Of a stretch of 55,532 nt of DNA, positions 8,109 to 17,534 are shown one piece after another. The notes beneath the pieces are model-generated. The model was given only the letters and a program-made list of their open reading frames with translations, made no database searches and had not been told where the DNA came from. The translations under genes and the position numbers were made by a program. Each line of letters opens with the position of its first letter. Within the stretch, counting starts at the first letter, position 1. This DNA is from a virus. Taxonomy: Duplodnaviria; Caudoviricetes. Location of the stretch: IMG/VR virus record IMGVR_UViG_3300014153_000001, positions 1 to 55,532 of that record; one strand, written 5' to 3'.

Positions 8109-10228
8109 CCGTCACCGAAGTCGAGATCCTTACCGTCACCCAGATCCCCGTCGAACTGCTCGACCCGGCCGAGGACAACCCGCGTGGTGATCTCGGGGAT
8201 CTGACCGACCTCGCCGCCTCGATCGAGCAAGTCGGCATCATCCAGCCGCTGATCGTCGCGCCGAACGACACGCGCTGGCGGATCGTCGCCGGTCATCGGC
8301 GTCATGCGGCCGCGCAGAAGATCGGGCTCGAGCGCGTGCCCGCCATCATTCGAGACGACTTCGCCGGTGAAGACACCGACGCGAAGCGGCAGGTGGCGAT
8401 GGTGGTGGAAAACGTGCAGCGCAAGGACCTGACGCCGTTGGAGCGCGCGTGTGGCTTCCAGCAGCTCGTCGATCTCGGTAACACTCAGGAAGAGGTCGCT
8501 CAGAAGTGCGGTCTGTCCCAGGCGACCGTCTCGAAGGCCCTCGGGTTGCTCCAGTTGCCTCCCACGATCGCCGAGAAGGTCGGAGGTCCCGGTGGTATCC
8601 ACGTCGACGATGCTGCCCATCTACTCAAGCTGAAGGAGCACCCGAAGGCCCTCGCGTCCATCGAGAAGTCGACGCGCGGCCGACGTGACGATGTCGCCGC
8701 CGAGGCGAAGCGAGCGCTCGCCGACATCGAGCACGACGAGAAGGTCCTGGCGCTCAAGGCCGAGGCCAAGGCGAAGGGCTGGAAGATCGTGAAGGAGGTG
8801 CGCGGCTTCGGAGCGAAGACGGCGACCTACCAGATGCTCGCAGGCGGCTCCGACAATCACTACGGCCACACCCTGGACGTCGATCTGGCGAAGCACCGCA
8901 CCGAGCCCTGCCATGGCGCCTACGTCCGGGAGTTCGGCGGGGCCCACCTCGTCGAGGTCTGCACGAAACCCGAGCGCCATAAGGCGAAGGGCAAGTCCGA
9001 CCTGAAGGCGACGCCCGGCAAACGGCGCGAGCGCAGCGCGGCAGAACAGCGTCAACTCGACGAGCAGAAGGCACGCAAAGCCGCCTTCACCCGCCGGGAC
9101 GAACACTTGCGCCCGCTGTTGGCCAAGGGTAGCGGGAAGATCGCCTCGAAGGTCGCTATCACGGTCGTTGCCAGGGTGCTCATCGACGAGATTGGCTCCG
9201 ACGCCCACAAAGCGGCGTGTGACCTGTTAGGGCTGAAGGTGCCAGCGTACAAGGACGACGCGTTGATGGACGAGGCGGCGAAGTCTGATACCGACCTCAT
9301 GCGTGTCGCCGTCGCGTGCGCTCTGGCAATCGGCCACGTGGGTGCGAAGGCACAGTGGCACGGTTGGGACGGCCCGGACATCGCTGCTCTCTATGAGTTC
9401 CTGCAGGCGACGGGGTACGAGCTCGACGAGTTCGAGGCGACGCAGCTCGAAGAGGCTAATCGGCAGAAGGAAGAGGAGGACAGAGAGGACGCCGAGGCGG
9501 ATGGTAGCGAGGGCCCTAAAGGTCTTAGTGGAGATGTCATATCCGAAGAAGGCGAACAGGATCTGACCGAGGAACAAGCCGCCGCCGCCCGGTATATCCC
9601 CGGCCACAAAGCCCCCGAAGGCGAGGATGTCGGCGACCCGGACATTGCCCGCTGTCGGCAGTGTGGTTGTACGGACGCCGTCGCGTGCGAAGGAGGTTGT
9701 GAGTGGGTCGATGACCCACTGGGCATGAATCTCTGTAGTCGTTGTGCCGAGGAGCTCGGGGTCGAACTGCCACTGTCGGAGCTCGAGCAGGAAGCCGCTC
9801 AGCGCAACGAGGACATGGCCGCAGACGACGAAGTCGCCGCTGTCTCCGCCACTCTCATCAGCATCGAGGAGGTCACGAAAGGCGACAGGACGCTCTACGA
9901 CGTCAGTTGTGCCGAGCATGGTCAGGTGGGCAGGACGCTGGCGACGAGTTACGAATACGCCGCCGATCGTGGCGACTGTCACGTGCGCGACCAGCATCTG
10001 AGCAATGAGAACGACGCTGAGTCAGCGAGTGCCCCTGCTCTCGCCGAGATTCTCGTCGAGAACGCCGGCACGCGTAGCAAGCCCTGGAGTGTCACGTGCT
10101 CGGAGCACGGGATAGCGGGCACGTTCCCTGACCCCGAGGGAGCCCACGAGCGTGCCCAGGCTCATGTCGACATCGTGCACGCCGGGAATGCCGTCATCCG
10201 CGAGGCGCAGAAGGACTTGGTGGGTTAG
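8105..10228 (+). CDS. parB: ParB/Spo0J-like protein with HTH and C-terminal Zn-finger modules
   Basis: NPR...LAASI...GIIQPLIV...IVAGHRR...ENVQRKDL; CRQCGCTD...C...LCSRC; two CxEHG...H..H repeats. Confidence 0.85.
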   Translation: MTVTEVEILTVTQIPVELLDPAEDNPRGDLGDLTDLAASIEQVGIIQPLIVAPNDTRWRIVAGHRRHAAAQKIGLERVPAIIRDDFAGEDTDAKRQVAMVVENVQRKDLTPLERACGFQQLVDLGNTQEEVAQKCGLSQATVSKALGLLQLPPTIAEKVGGPGGIHVDDAAHLLKLKEHPKALASIEKSTRGRRDDVAAEAKRALADIEHDEKVLALKAEAKAKGWKIVKEVRGFGAKTATYQMLAGGSDNHYGHTLDVDLAKHRTEPCHGAYVREFGGAHLVEVCTKPERHKAKGKSDLKATPGKRRERSAAEQRQLDEQKARKAAFTRRDEHLRPLLAKGSGKIASKVAITVVARVLIDEIGSDAHKAACDLLGLKVPAYKDDALMDEAAKSDTDLMRVAVACALAIGHVGAKAQWHGWDGPDIAALYEFLQATGYELDEFEATQLEEANRQKEEEDREDAEADGSEGPKGLSGDVISEEGEQDLTEEQAAAARYIPGHKAPEGEDVGDPDIARCRQCGCTDAVACEGGCEWVDDPLGMNLCSRCAEELGVELPLSELEQEAAQRNEDMAADDEVAAVSATLISIEEVTKGDRTLYDVSCAEHGQVGRTLATSYEYAADRGDCHVRDQHLSNENDAESASAPALAEILVENAGTRSKPWSVTCSEHGIAGTFPDPEGAHERAQAHVDIVHAGNAVIREAQKDLVG

Positions 10229-10231
10229 CTC

Positions 10232-10741
10232 ATGGCCCAAACCCTTACCGACGAGTTGCGAAAGGAGATGAATTCTTCACGCTGCGGCACTGTTTCCGGT
10301 TATACGTCCGGGTGCCGCTGCTCCAACTGCTCACGCGCCATGTCCGATTATCAGCGGGCGTACCGCGAGTCCAACAAGGCCTCGATCGCCGATTATCAGC
10401 GGGCGTACCGCGAGTCCAACAAGGCCTCGATCGCCGAGAAGAAGCGGGCGTACCGCGAGTCCAACAAGGCCTCGATCGCCGAGAAGCAGCGGGCGTACTA
10501 CGAGTCCAACAAGGCCTCGATCGCCGAGAAGAAGCGGGCGTACCGCGAGTCCAACAAGGCCTCGATCGCCGAGAAGCAGCGGGCGTACTACGAGTCCAAC
10601 AAGGCCTCTGACCGACCCGTTTTCCCGGCTGCTTCGGAAATCCTGAGTGGCCCCAAAAGCGAGCACGGTTCGCGCTTCTGGATCTCCAGAGGCTGTCGCT
10701 GCGAAGCCTGCAAGGGCGCTCTCTCGAAAGCGACAGGCTGA
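10232..10741 (+). CDS. Zn-binding protein with 15-aa helical repeats
   Basis: GCRCSNC and GCRCEAC flank six RAY(R/Y)ESNKAS repeats. Confidence 0.7.
   Translation: MAQTLTDELRKEMNSSRCGTVSGYTSGCRCSNCSRAMSDYQRAYRESNKASIADYQRAYRESNKASIAEKKRAYRESNKASIAEKQRAYYESNKASIAEKKRAYRESNKASIAEKQRAYYESNKASDRPVFPAASEILSGPKSEHGSRFWISRGCRCEACKGALSKATG
10346..10608 (+). repeat. 45-bp coding tandem repeat, six copies (last partial), order A-A-B-C-B-C
   Basis: Unit GA(TTAT/GAAG)(C/A)AGCGGGCGTAC(CG/TA)CGAGTCCAACAAGGCCTCGATCGCC. Confidence 0.95.
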
Positions 10742-10742
10742 C

Positions 10743-11441
10743 GTGAGCAAGCCCAAGAAGATCGGCAATCTGCTCGCGCAGGCGGCGAAGGCCTCGCGCC
10801 TGCCGTTCGTCACTGGCCACTCGGACGCTGAGCCGACCGCTCAATCGACCGCCGAGCCCGTCGCTCCATATTTCAAGGAAGGCGAGTGGTTACGCCCCGA
10901 ATGTTCGGCTCGCTGGTCTTCTATCGACTGGTGTGCCGATCGTATCGGTGGTTTGCATTACTGCGACTCCGAGATCGCAGGGCACGATGGCTCGCATCGT
11001 TGTCGCTGCGGTGCCGTCAGCACGCGGGAGTGGACTCAAGACGATGAGCGCATGGTCTCCCCGGGAGAGATCGAGATGTGGCGTTGGACATACGCTCAAC
11101 TGGCTGCCGAGAGGGCACCGCTGGATGCGCGAACCACCGCCGAGAAATTCGAGCGTGTAGCGGTCACGCTTCGTCGATTCGTTCCCGGGTTCGAGGATCT
11201 GCCACGCAGGGCAGCCGAAGCCGGTGATTATCTGTTCAGCGTGGCCAATCAATATGTGCCCGAAGAGCTGGATCCTCCACCCCCAGCAATTGGGATAGGT
11301 GATCAGCTCTCGCCCGAAGTCGAACCCGTCGTGCGAGAACTGCTCGCCAAGATCGACCGACAGAACGCCGAGATCGAAGCGGCGCGCGCTGAGAATGATC
11401 GACTGCGCGAGTTGCTGGTTGCCGTCGCCGGCGAGACGTGA
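10743..11441 (+). CDS. hypothetical protein
   Basis: Operon-filling ORF; HYC...GHDGSHRCRCG motif; coiled C-terminus. Confidence 0.6.
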   Translation: MSKPKKIGNLLAQAAKASRLPFVTGHSDAEPTAQSTAEPVAPYFKEGEWLRPECSARWSSIDWCADRIGGLHYCDSEIAGHDGSHRCRCGAVSTREWTQDDERMVSPGEIEMWRWTYAQLAAERAPLDARTTAEKFERVAVTLRRFVPGFEDLPRRAAEAGDYLFSVANQYVPEELDPPPPAIGIGDQLSPEVEPVVRELLAKIDRQNAEIEAARAENDRLRELLVAVAGET

Positions 11442-11701
11442 ACGGGACCGACGAGATCGTGTCGACGGACGACGACACCCTCGAGATCCTCAATCGTGAC
11501 CGCGACATGGCGCGTCTGCGGTTGCTCGCCGTGCATGACCAGATCGAACGCCTCGAAGCCGAGCGAGAAGATCTCGTGGGCAAGATCGCGAAGCTCGATT
11601 ATCGGATCGAAGAGCTCACCAGTGAACCGCTGGCGTCCAGAAATGAGGCGCGCCGGATGCTCGGGCACGCTCGCGAGGCATTAGATGAGGCGAGAGCATA
11701 A
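11438..11701 (+). CDS. coiled-coil hypothetical protein
   Basis: GTGA-coupled; heptad pattern. Confidence 0.6.
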   Translation: MNGTDEIVSTDDDTLEILNRDRDMARLRLLAVHDQIERLEAEREDLVGKIAKLDYRIEELTSEPLASRNEARRMLGHAREALDEARA

Positions 11702-11703
11702 CC

Positions 11704-11979
11704 GTGAGAAGTTTCTTTGACCCTCCGCTGCCTCAAGCAGGGCGCTGCCCCTGGTGTGAAGTGTCGCTCGATGGTGACACGTATCAGACGCGCTGGGCCG
11801 CTTGGGAGAAACACTCGAAGCAGTGTGCTAGACGCGCCGATGCCGCCAAGCAAGTGCCGCACCCGGACGGTGACGAGCAAAGCGTAACGGCTGCGACGAC
11901 ATCTTCGCTTCCCACCTACTGCGTCGCGGCATGGGTAGCGGCTCGTCGAGCACGCAGACCGCTGAGATGGTCGGCATGA
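11704..11979 (+). CDS. hypothetical Zn-finger-like protein
   Basis: CPWC...HSKQC. Confidence 0.45.
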   Translation: MRSFFDPPLPQAGRCPWCEVSLDGDTYQTRWAAWEKHSKQCARRADAAKQVPHPDGDEQSVTAATTSSLPTYCVAAWVAARRARRPLRWSA

Positions 11980-12047
11980 CAGTGCCCTCCCTCTGCCGAG
12001 CGCGCGACGCCCTTACACACGAATCAATCATCTGAAAAGGAGAAACC

Positions 12048-13475
12048 ATGACGAATCCCAACCCCGCCAACGTCCCAGCCGACATCGCCAGGGTGCAGGC
12101 CGACGAGAAGCAAACCGACGCCGACACCGCGACGCTCGCGGCCGACGAAGCCGCCACGCCGCCGAAGCCTCCCACTCTTTCGATCGTGACATCGCTACTT
12201 CCTGGGGCCACGGTGGGGACCGCGTACTCGGAGGCGCTCACCGCGACCGGAGGGACGACGCCTTACGCGTGGTCGGCTACCGGACTGCCCACGGGGCTGA
12301 GCTTGAACGCGTCCAGCGCAGTCCTCAGCGGGACGCCGACTATTGCTGGCACCTGGAGCTTCACCGCACAAGCGACCGATTCAGGTTCCCCTGCGCAGAT
12401 AGCGAAGCAAGCCCTGTCAATAGCGGTTGCCGCGGCCCCGCCGGTGTCGACCGTTCTGCTCAAGGGGATCTCGCCCGGCTACGTCGGGAACCTGACTCGC
12501 CGCTTCTCGCTGGTCGAGGGGGTACTCGGAGAGGACGCGAGCCTGCGCCGCCTCATCCGAACGGCCGAGCGGATCGCCGTCGATCTGCCCCGTGGGGTGC
12601 TCGCCAACCAGATGGCCCTGTCTGTCTCGGCCGGGGCCAAAGGCATCCGGCTCGGGGCGAACTGGGGACAGTCGACGCCAGCACGAGGGACCTACTCGTG
12701 GACATATTCGGACCCGGCCATCGAGGCCGCGATCGCAGCCGGCTTGGACGTCACGTTCATCCTCGACGGCGCCGACATCCCGCCCTGGGCTGCCGCACCG
12801 GGGTCGGCTTTGTTCGGCATCGAGTTCGCCGAATTCTGTACCGCGGCCGTCACTCGGTACGCGGCCATGGGCGTGCACAAATGGGAGCTCTTCAACGAGC
12901 CGAACCTTGGGAGCAACTTCGGAGGCACCGCCAGCGGCACCCAATACGGCAACGTGGTGAAGGTCGCGACGCCGGCCATCAAGGCAGCCGATCCCAAGGC
13001 GATCGTCATCGCCGGAGCGATCTCGCCGGCAGGAGACAGCGACGGGAACGCGGCACCCGAGACGTTCCTCAGCGGCTTCTACGCCGCGGGCGGCGGACCG
13101 TTCGCGGACGTGATCTCGATCCACGCGTATTGCTTCCCGTCGGCGCCGATGGACCCGAGCACGTCGGGGTGGAACTTCTTCCTCAACATACCGACGTGGA
13201 TCTTCGCCGTGATGGCTGCGAACGGTGACGCGCAGAAGCCCGTGTGGATCACGGAGATCTCCTGGCTGACCGTCCCGACCTCGGGCGGCATCTCGCTCGC
13301 GCTGCAAGGCATCTACCTCTCTCAGGTCTTCGCTCAGCTCAAGGTCTGGACCCAGATCAAGGCGCTGTTCTGGTACATGCTGCAAGACGGCGTGACGACG
13401 GACACCGAGGACTTCGGCCTGATCACCGGCGGCGGCACGGACAAGCCCGCGTTCGCAGTGTTCAAAGCAGCATGA
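12048..13475 (+). CDS. clan GH-A glycoside hydrolase (GH5/GH39-like) with N-terminal Ig (He_PIG-like) domain
   Basis: AAAGGAG SD; [13 protein letters not shown]...GLPTGLSL Ig motif; [20 protein letters not shown]. Confidence 0.85.
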   Translation: MTNPNPANVPADIARVQADEKQTDADTATLAADEAATPPKPPTLSIVTSLLPGATVGTAYSEALTATGGTTPYAWSATGLPTGLSLNASSAVLSGTPTIAGTWSFTAQATDSGSPAQIAKQALSIAVAAAPPVSTVLLKGISPGYVGNLTRRFSLVEGVLGEDASLRRLIRTAERIAVDLPRGVLANQMALSVSAGAKGIRLGANWGQSTPARGTYSWTYSDPAIEAAIAAGLDVTFILDGADIPPWAAAPGSALFGIEFAEFCTAAVTRYAAMGVHKWELFNEPNLGSNFGGTASGTQYGNVVKVATPAIKAADPKAIVIAGAISPAGDSDGNAAPETFLSGFYAAGGGPFADVISIHAYCFPSAPMDPSTSGWNFFLNIPTWIFAVMAANGDAQKPVWITEISWLTVPTSGGISLALQGIYLSQVFAQLKVWTQIKALFWYMLQDGVTTDTEDFGLITGGGTDKPAFAVFKAA

Positions 13476-13619
13476 GCGATCACGTCACGTCCTGGTGGCG
13501 GCGCTGGCTTTTCAATCTGCGCCACTGGTGGAACGGCTGAAAGGGATGGCGGCGGTGATCCGTATTAGTGGCGGACTGGGGCAGTGAAGGTCACGCGACG
13601 AAGCCCGAGGCCGACGGGC

Positions 13620-13941
13620 TGAGGTGACGCGTGATGCGGCGATCAAAGCGTGAGGCGTGGGCAAAACAGTTCCAAGAAAGCAATGAAGTCGAGTGTCGAG
13701 CTGTCTTTCTTGGTTTCAAGATCAAGGACGGAGACAAGTGGCAGTACGTTCGAACCGAGGAACTGAACAGTCTTATGTTGGGCCTCAATATCGGGTTCGG
13801 TCTAGCCCTGCACATGATCGAATCGCTCACCAGCCGCGGGGGCAATGGAGAAGTGACGGATGGCGATGATTAGGTGAGCCAGAAGACGATCACAGCGCTG
13901 ACTCCTGAGCAAGAAGCGTATCTGCGGTGAGGTGACGCGTG
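13620..13941 (+). repeat. 14-bp direct repeat TGAGGTGACGCGTG (stop + SD + start) at 13620-13633 and 13928-13941
   Basis: Exact match. Confidence 0.85.
13631..13873 (+). CDS. hypothetical protein
   Basis: GAGGTG SD; lower GC. Confidence 0.55.
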   Translation: MMRRSKREAWAKQFQESNEVECRAVFLGFKIKDGDKWQYVRTEELNSLMLGLNIGFGLALHMIESLTSRGGNGEVTDGDD

Positions 13942-14250
13942 CCGACTAGTACGCATACACGCACAATCAAGGTGGTGATGGGCGCGTTAATAGCCGCCAT
14001 CCATGATCACGGGCCGATTACTGAAGAAAATGTGGGTTCGGCCGTTAAGCGTGTCATTGGACAGTTGGAGACTGAGGCTGAGCGAGGTTACAAGGTGGCA
14101 TTAGTAGGAGACGAGCACGCACGGTGTCGAGCCGCCATACGGTGCGACTGCGGAGAACCGGGGTGCATCGGCTGGGCGATGGGTCACCAGTGGGAGGACG
14201 CGCTGTTCGAGGACGCTCAGCGTCAGCGATGCCAGCCGAGCTCGCCATGA
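13939..14250 (+). CDS. hypothetical protein
   Basis: GAGGTG SD; HGPIT...GSAVKR and CDCGEPGCIGWAM motifs. Confidence 0.6.
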   Translation: MPTSTHTRTIKVVMGALIAAIHDHGPITEENVGSAVKRVIGQLETEAERGYKVALVGDEHARCRAAIRCDCGEPGCIGWAMGHQWEDALFEDAQRQRCQPSSP

Positions 14251-15761
14251 CGCCTGCCCGCCGTAGTGGCGGGCGTCTCAGCCTCGTCGGCAGAGAGCCG
14301 CCGCACGATCTGGACGCCGAAGCAGCGTTGCTCGGTGCGATGCTGCTTTCGCGCGCTGCGGCGACGACCGGCATTGAGCTTGTCGGACCCACCGACTTCT
14401 ACAAACCCGCGCACGGCCATATCTTTGAGGCGATTGCCAGGCTCGTGCTCGGCAACCGATCGGCCGACCCGGTGACTGTCGCTGACGAACTCCGCCGCAT
14501 GGACGTGTTAGAGGCGGTGGGAGACCCCGCTGTGCTGCTCTCGATGCAGATCAACACGCCCTCGTCGACCAACGTTGTCTACTACGCCGAGATCGTGGCA
14601 CGTTTGGCTGGTCACCGCCGGCAGATGACCGAGGCAACCGAAGTAATTGAGGCCCTGCGACGCGGTGACGACGAGCGAGCCGCCAGCCACTTGGCCGCTC
14701 TTCAAGACGTCGGATATTCGCAGCGAAATGACCTCGAGGGCGCTGATGTCGCCGCTCTCATGCGGTCGCCAGAGAGGATCGAGGCCGATCTGCTCTACTG
14801 TGCTGATGGTCGCGCCCTACTCATGCGGGGCAGTGTCAACCTGATCCATGGTGAACCGGAGGCTGGCAAGTCGTTTCTGGCGCTCGAAGCCATACGCCAG
14901 GTGCTCGAGGCTGGCGAACGCGCTGTATTGCTCGATTACGAAGGATCGCCACCGATGCTCGCCGACCGCCTCAACGACATGCAGGTCGACCCGGACGTCG
15001 TCGAGACGCAGATGCTATATCTGCGGCCCGGTGGTGCCTCTGAAGCGAAGAGGCGAAGTTGGTTGGCAGCCATCGCTCATACCGTCATCGCGTTCGGTCC
15101 CGCCCTCGTTGTGGTCGACAGCTTCGCGGCCATTCTCTATGAGTTCGGCCTCGGCGAGAACGACGCTTCTGAGGTGCTCGTCCCACTACGAGGTCTTTGT
15201 CGGCCGCTGGCCAACGCCGGCGCTGCCGTGGTAGTGGTCGACCACGTGAAGAAGGAAGCCGACAGTAGGGATCAGTGGGGTCGAGGGTCGGGTGCAAAGC
15301 GTGGAGAGGTCGACGCCTCATTCCACCTGAAGGTCCAGCAACCGTTTGCCCGGGGCAAGCCCGGATCTGCCCTTCTGCGAGTAACCAAGGATCGCTACGG
15401 GATCCTCGGCGGCCAGAACGAGATCGCTGCCAACGTGACCTATTCCGAGGACCTTGCTGGACGCCTCAGAGTTACCCTCCACGCCCCCAACCCAGATGAG
15501 GCGATCTACCGTGGTCCGACCCGCTGTATGGATGCCATCGTTGAGATTCTGCAGATGTGCGCCCCGGCCGAACTCTCGACCCGACAAATCGCAGCCTCCT
15601 TACGCTCTGTCGGGAAGGGTTTCAAGGACATCGTCGTGCGTGACGCAGCCGAGCAACTAGCACTCGATCAGACTCGACCCGTTTCGACTCGGAAGGGAGC
15701 CAAGGGCGCGAATCTCTACCATTTCGTGAGCCCCAAAACCGACCTTCTGAAGGCATTTTGA
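14247..15761 (+). CDS. replication helicase: DnaB N-terminal domain + RecA-like AAA (RepA-type) domain
   Basis: PPHDLDAEAALLGAML...DFY..AH..IF; Walker A GEPEAGKS; Walker B VVVDS; DH..K; RGSGAK. Confidence 0.85.
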   Translation: MTPARRSGGRLSLVGREPPHDLDAEAALLGAMLLSRAAATTGIELVGPTDFYKPAHGHIFEAIARLVLGNRSADPVTVADELRRMDVLEAVGDPAVLLSMQINTPSSTNVVYYAEIVARLAGHRRQMTEATEVIEALRRGDDERAASHLAALQDVGYSQRNDLEGADVAALMRSPERIEADLLYCADGRALLMRGSVNLIHGEPEAGKSFLALEAIRQVLEAGERAVLLDYEGSPPMLADRLNDMQVDPDVVETQMLYLRPGGASEAKRRSWLAAIAHTVIAFGPALVVVDSFAAILYEFGLGENDASEVLVPLRGLCRPLANAGAAVVVVDHVKKEADSRDQWGRGSGAKRGEVDASFHLKVQQPFARGKPGSALLRVTKDRYGILGGQNEIAANVTYSEDLAGRLRVTLHAPNPDEAIYRGPTRCMDAIVEILQMCAPAELSTRQIAASLRSVGKGFKDIVVRDAAEQLALDQTRPVSTRKGAKGANLYHFVSPKTDLLKAF

Positions 15762-15954
15762 GACCGCGTCCCATGTGCGGCCCACCGCGGCCGGGACGCG
15801 GTTGCGACCGGTCCGCGGCCGACCGCGGCCCAGTCAGCCCAGGGGGGGTTACCCCCTGGGCTGGGCTGCAGTCGTGCCTGGGAGCAACTTCGTACGGGCC
15901 GCGGTTCGAGACCCCTCTGAGACACAGTCCGCGGCCCAAAATCGGGCCGCGGTC
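15762..15954. repeat. putative replication origin: clustered GACCGCGGCCC-like repeats and hairpins
   Basis: Several copies in both orientations; stems at 15835-15863 and 15929-15952; directly after the helicase. Confidence 0.55.
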
Positions 15955-16019
15955 TTAGCTTCCGTTGTGATTTCGCCTGGAGATGGAATCTGATGCTTAA
16001 GTCGAGTCTTGGGGCCAGC

Positions 16020-16349
16020 ATGACCACCACTGCCCGCCAGACGCTCGATTCCATCACCACCGAGAGGCAGCTGCTCGACTTCGTCACCAGCTACGCGCGC
16101 GCCCACCACTGGCTCGCGTACCACACCCATCGTTCCGATCATTCGCCTGCTGGCTTCCCGGATCTCTGCATGGTGCGCGGTCGTCGCATCGTCTTCGCCG
16201 AGCTGAAGAGGGAGAAGGGCAAGACGACCCCTGCGCAAGACCAGTGGCTCAAGGCACTCTTGCTCGTGGCGGATGTTTCAGGTGGCGCCGTGCAGGTATA
16301 CGTGTGGCGGCCGTCGGATGTTGGCACAATCATGGAGGTGTTGAAATGA
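16020..16349 (+). CDS. VRR-NUC domain nuclease
   Basis: AGFPDL...FAELK...Q..WL...VWRP. Confidence 0.85.
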   Translation: MTTTARQTLDSITTERQLLDFVTSYARAHHWLAYHTHRSDHSPAGFPDLCMVRGRRIVFAELKREKGKTTPAQDQWLKALLLVADVSGGAVQVYVWRPSDVGTIMEVLK

Positions 16350-16810
16350 GTGTCACCAGTCCCGAGGCGATTGTCGAGGCCGTCATGGCCGACCTCATCG
16401 CCTACTGCGCCGACAACGACTTCTCTCCGCAGTCGACCAGACCCTATGCCGAGCCCACGATCGTCCTGCCCGATCAGTGTCCTCTGCTCGCCGTGTGGTG
16501 CGAACTCACCACCTACCAGATCGCGGCCACTGGGCCACCCTTCCCTTACGATCGCCACCACACCGTCTTCGTCGGTTGGTACGTATGGAACCCGAAGGAA
16601 GCCGAGGTCGGCGGTGTCGGTGACCCCGGTACCGTCATGGCCCTCAGCAACACCCTCGAGCAACTGATCGCCCAGCTCGACACCTACAGCGCCGGGATCC
16701 CGACCATCGGCCAGCAACTCGTCTCCACGCTGCAATCGCGTAGCGTCAAGCCGCAGGAAGGCGCTCTCTGGCGTGGGCTCGCCGAGCTCGAGGTGAAGGA
16801 AACGACCTGA
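16346..16810 (+). CDS. hypothetical protein, possibly tail-terminator-like
   Basis: GGAGG SD; 154 aa; helix, PLLAVW strand, helix, terminal beta strands. Confidence 0.55.
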   Translation: MSVTSPEAIVEAVMADLIAYCADNDFSPQSTRPYAEPTIVLPDQCPLLAVWCELTTYQIAATGPPFPYDRHHTVFVGWYVWNPKEAEVGGVGDPGTVMALSNTLEQLIAQLDTYSAGIPTIGQQLVSTLQSRSVKPQEGALWRGLAELEVKETT

Positions 16811-17097
16811 GTCTGCCCGAGTGGGCTCGGCACCCTGGTTGGCACAGCGATGTCCCGTGCAACGGGGCGACCGAGGTCATGTACGGGAGCAACGTGCCGA
16901 AGGCGAAACGATTCTGCTCGATGTGCTCTGTCCGCCAGCTTTGCCTGGCCGCTGCCCTGACCAATCGGGAACCCGATGGCGTGTGGGGAGGGTTCACGAC
17001 CGTCGAGCGCGAGATGATCCTCAAGGCCAATCCCGAAGATATTCCCGCTCTGTTGCGCAAGTTTGCGCATCGAGACTCTAGGCGGCGGCCAGCATGA
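16807..17097 (+). CDS. whiB: WhiB-family Fe-S transcription factor (CTG start inferred)
   Basis: W...C-x19-CSMC-x5-C...GVWGG...ER; the first Cys lies upstream of the first ATG at 16879. Confidence 0.85.
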   Translation: MSLPEWARHPGWHSDVPCNGATEVMYGSNVPKAKRFCSMCSVRQLCLAAALTNREPDGVWGGFTTVEREMILKANPEDIPALLRKFAHRDSRRRPA

Positions 17098-17534
17098 GCA
17101 TCGTGGTAGTCGAGGACTTGTTCACGACCAGCGAAACCTGCGAACTACTTCGCTGTTCTCGCCGCACCCTTGTCAATCTTGTGGCTCGTGGGCGGCTTGC
17201 GCCCGTCCGGGTCAGCGCTCGCCGCAATCTCTTTCGGCGGTCCGATCTCGAGCGCTTCGTGACCGAGAACACCAACGACGATGCCGAGGTCTTCCGTGAC
17301 GCCTTCGCCTTTCTTGCCGAACGGCAGGCCGAGGAGGATCGACCGCTTTGTCCCTCCTGCACCAAGCGACGGGTCAATCGTGGGGCCAATCGCTGCATTC
17401 GTTGTCAGGAGCAGTACGAACTCCAGCTGAGTCACAAACGCAAGTGGTGGACCGCTCACGGCTCTGAGCGGCGAGCGGCAGAGCGCAAACAGGCAGCAGC
17501 GACGGCCGCCGACGACGAGGCGGTGGGCGAGTGA
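17094..17534 (+). CDS. excisionase-like HTH protein with CxxC pair
   Basis: FTTSETCELLRCSRRTL...G.L...FRRSDLERF; CPSC...CIRC. Confidence 0.75.
   Translation: MSIVVVEDLFTTSETCELLRCSRRTLVNLVARGRLAPVRVSARRNLFRRSDLERFVTENTNDDAEVFRDAFAFLAERQAEEDRPLCPSCTKRRVNRGANRCIRCQEQYELQLSHKRKWWTAHGSERRAAERKQAAATAADDEAVGE

Noticed and set aside
10346-10608. CRISPR-like array
   Set aside because: Contiguous in-frame coding repeats with no unique spacers and no cas operon
13546-13587. GT11 fucosyltransferase gene (I.GGLG.Q-like start)
   Set aside because: Only 13 codons; similarity too short to call
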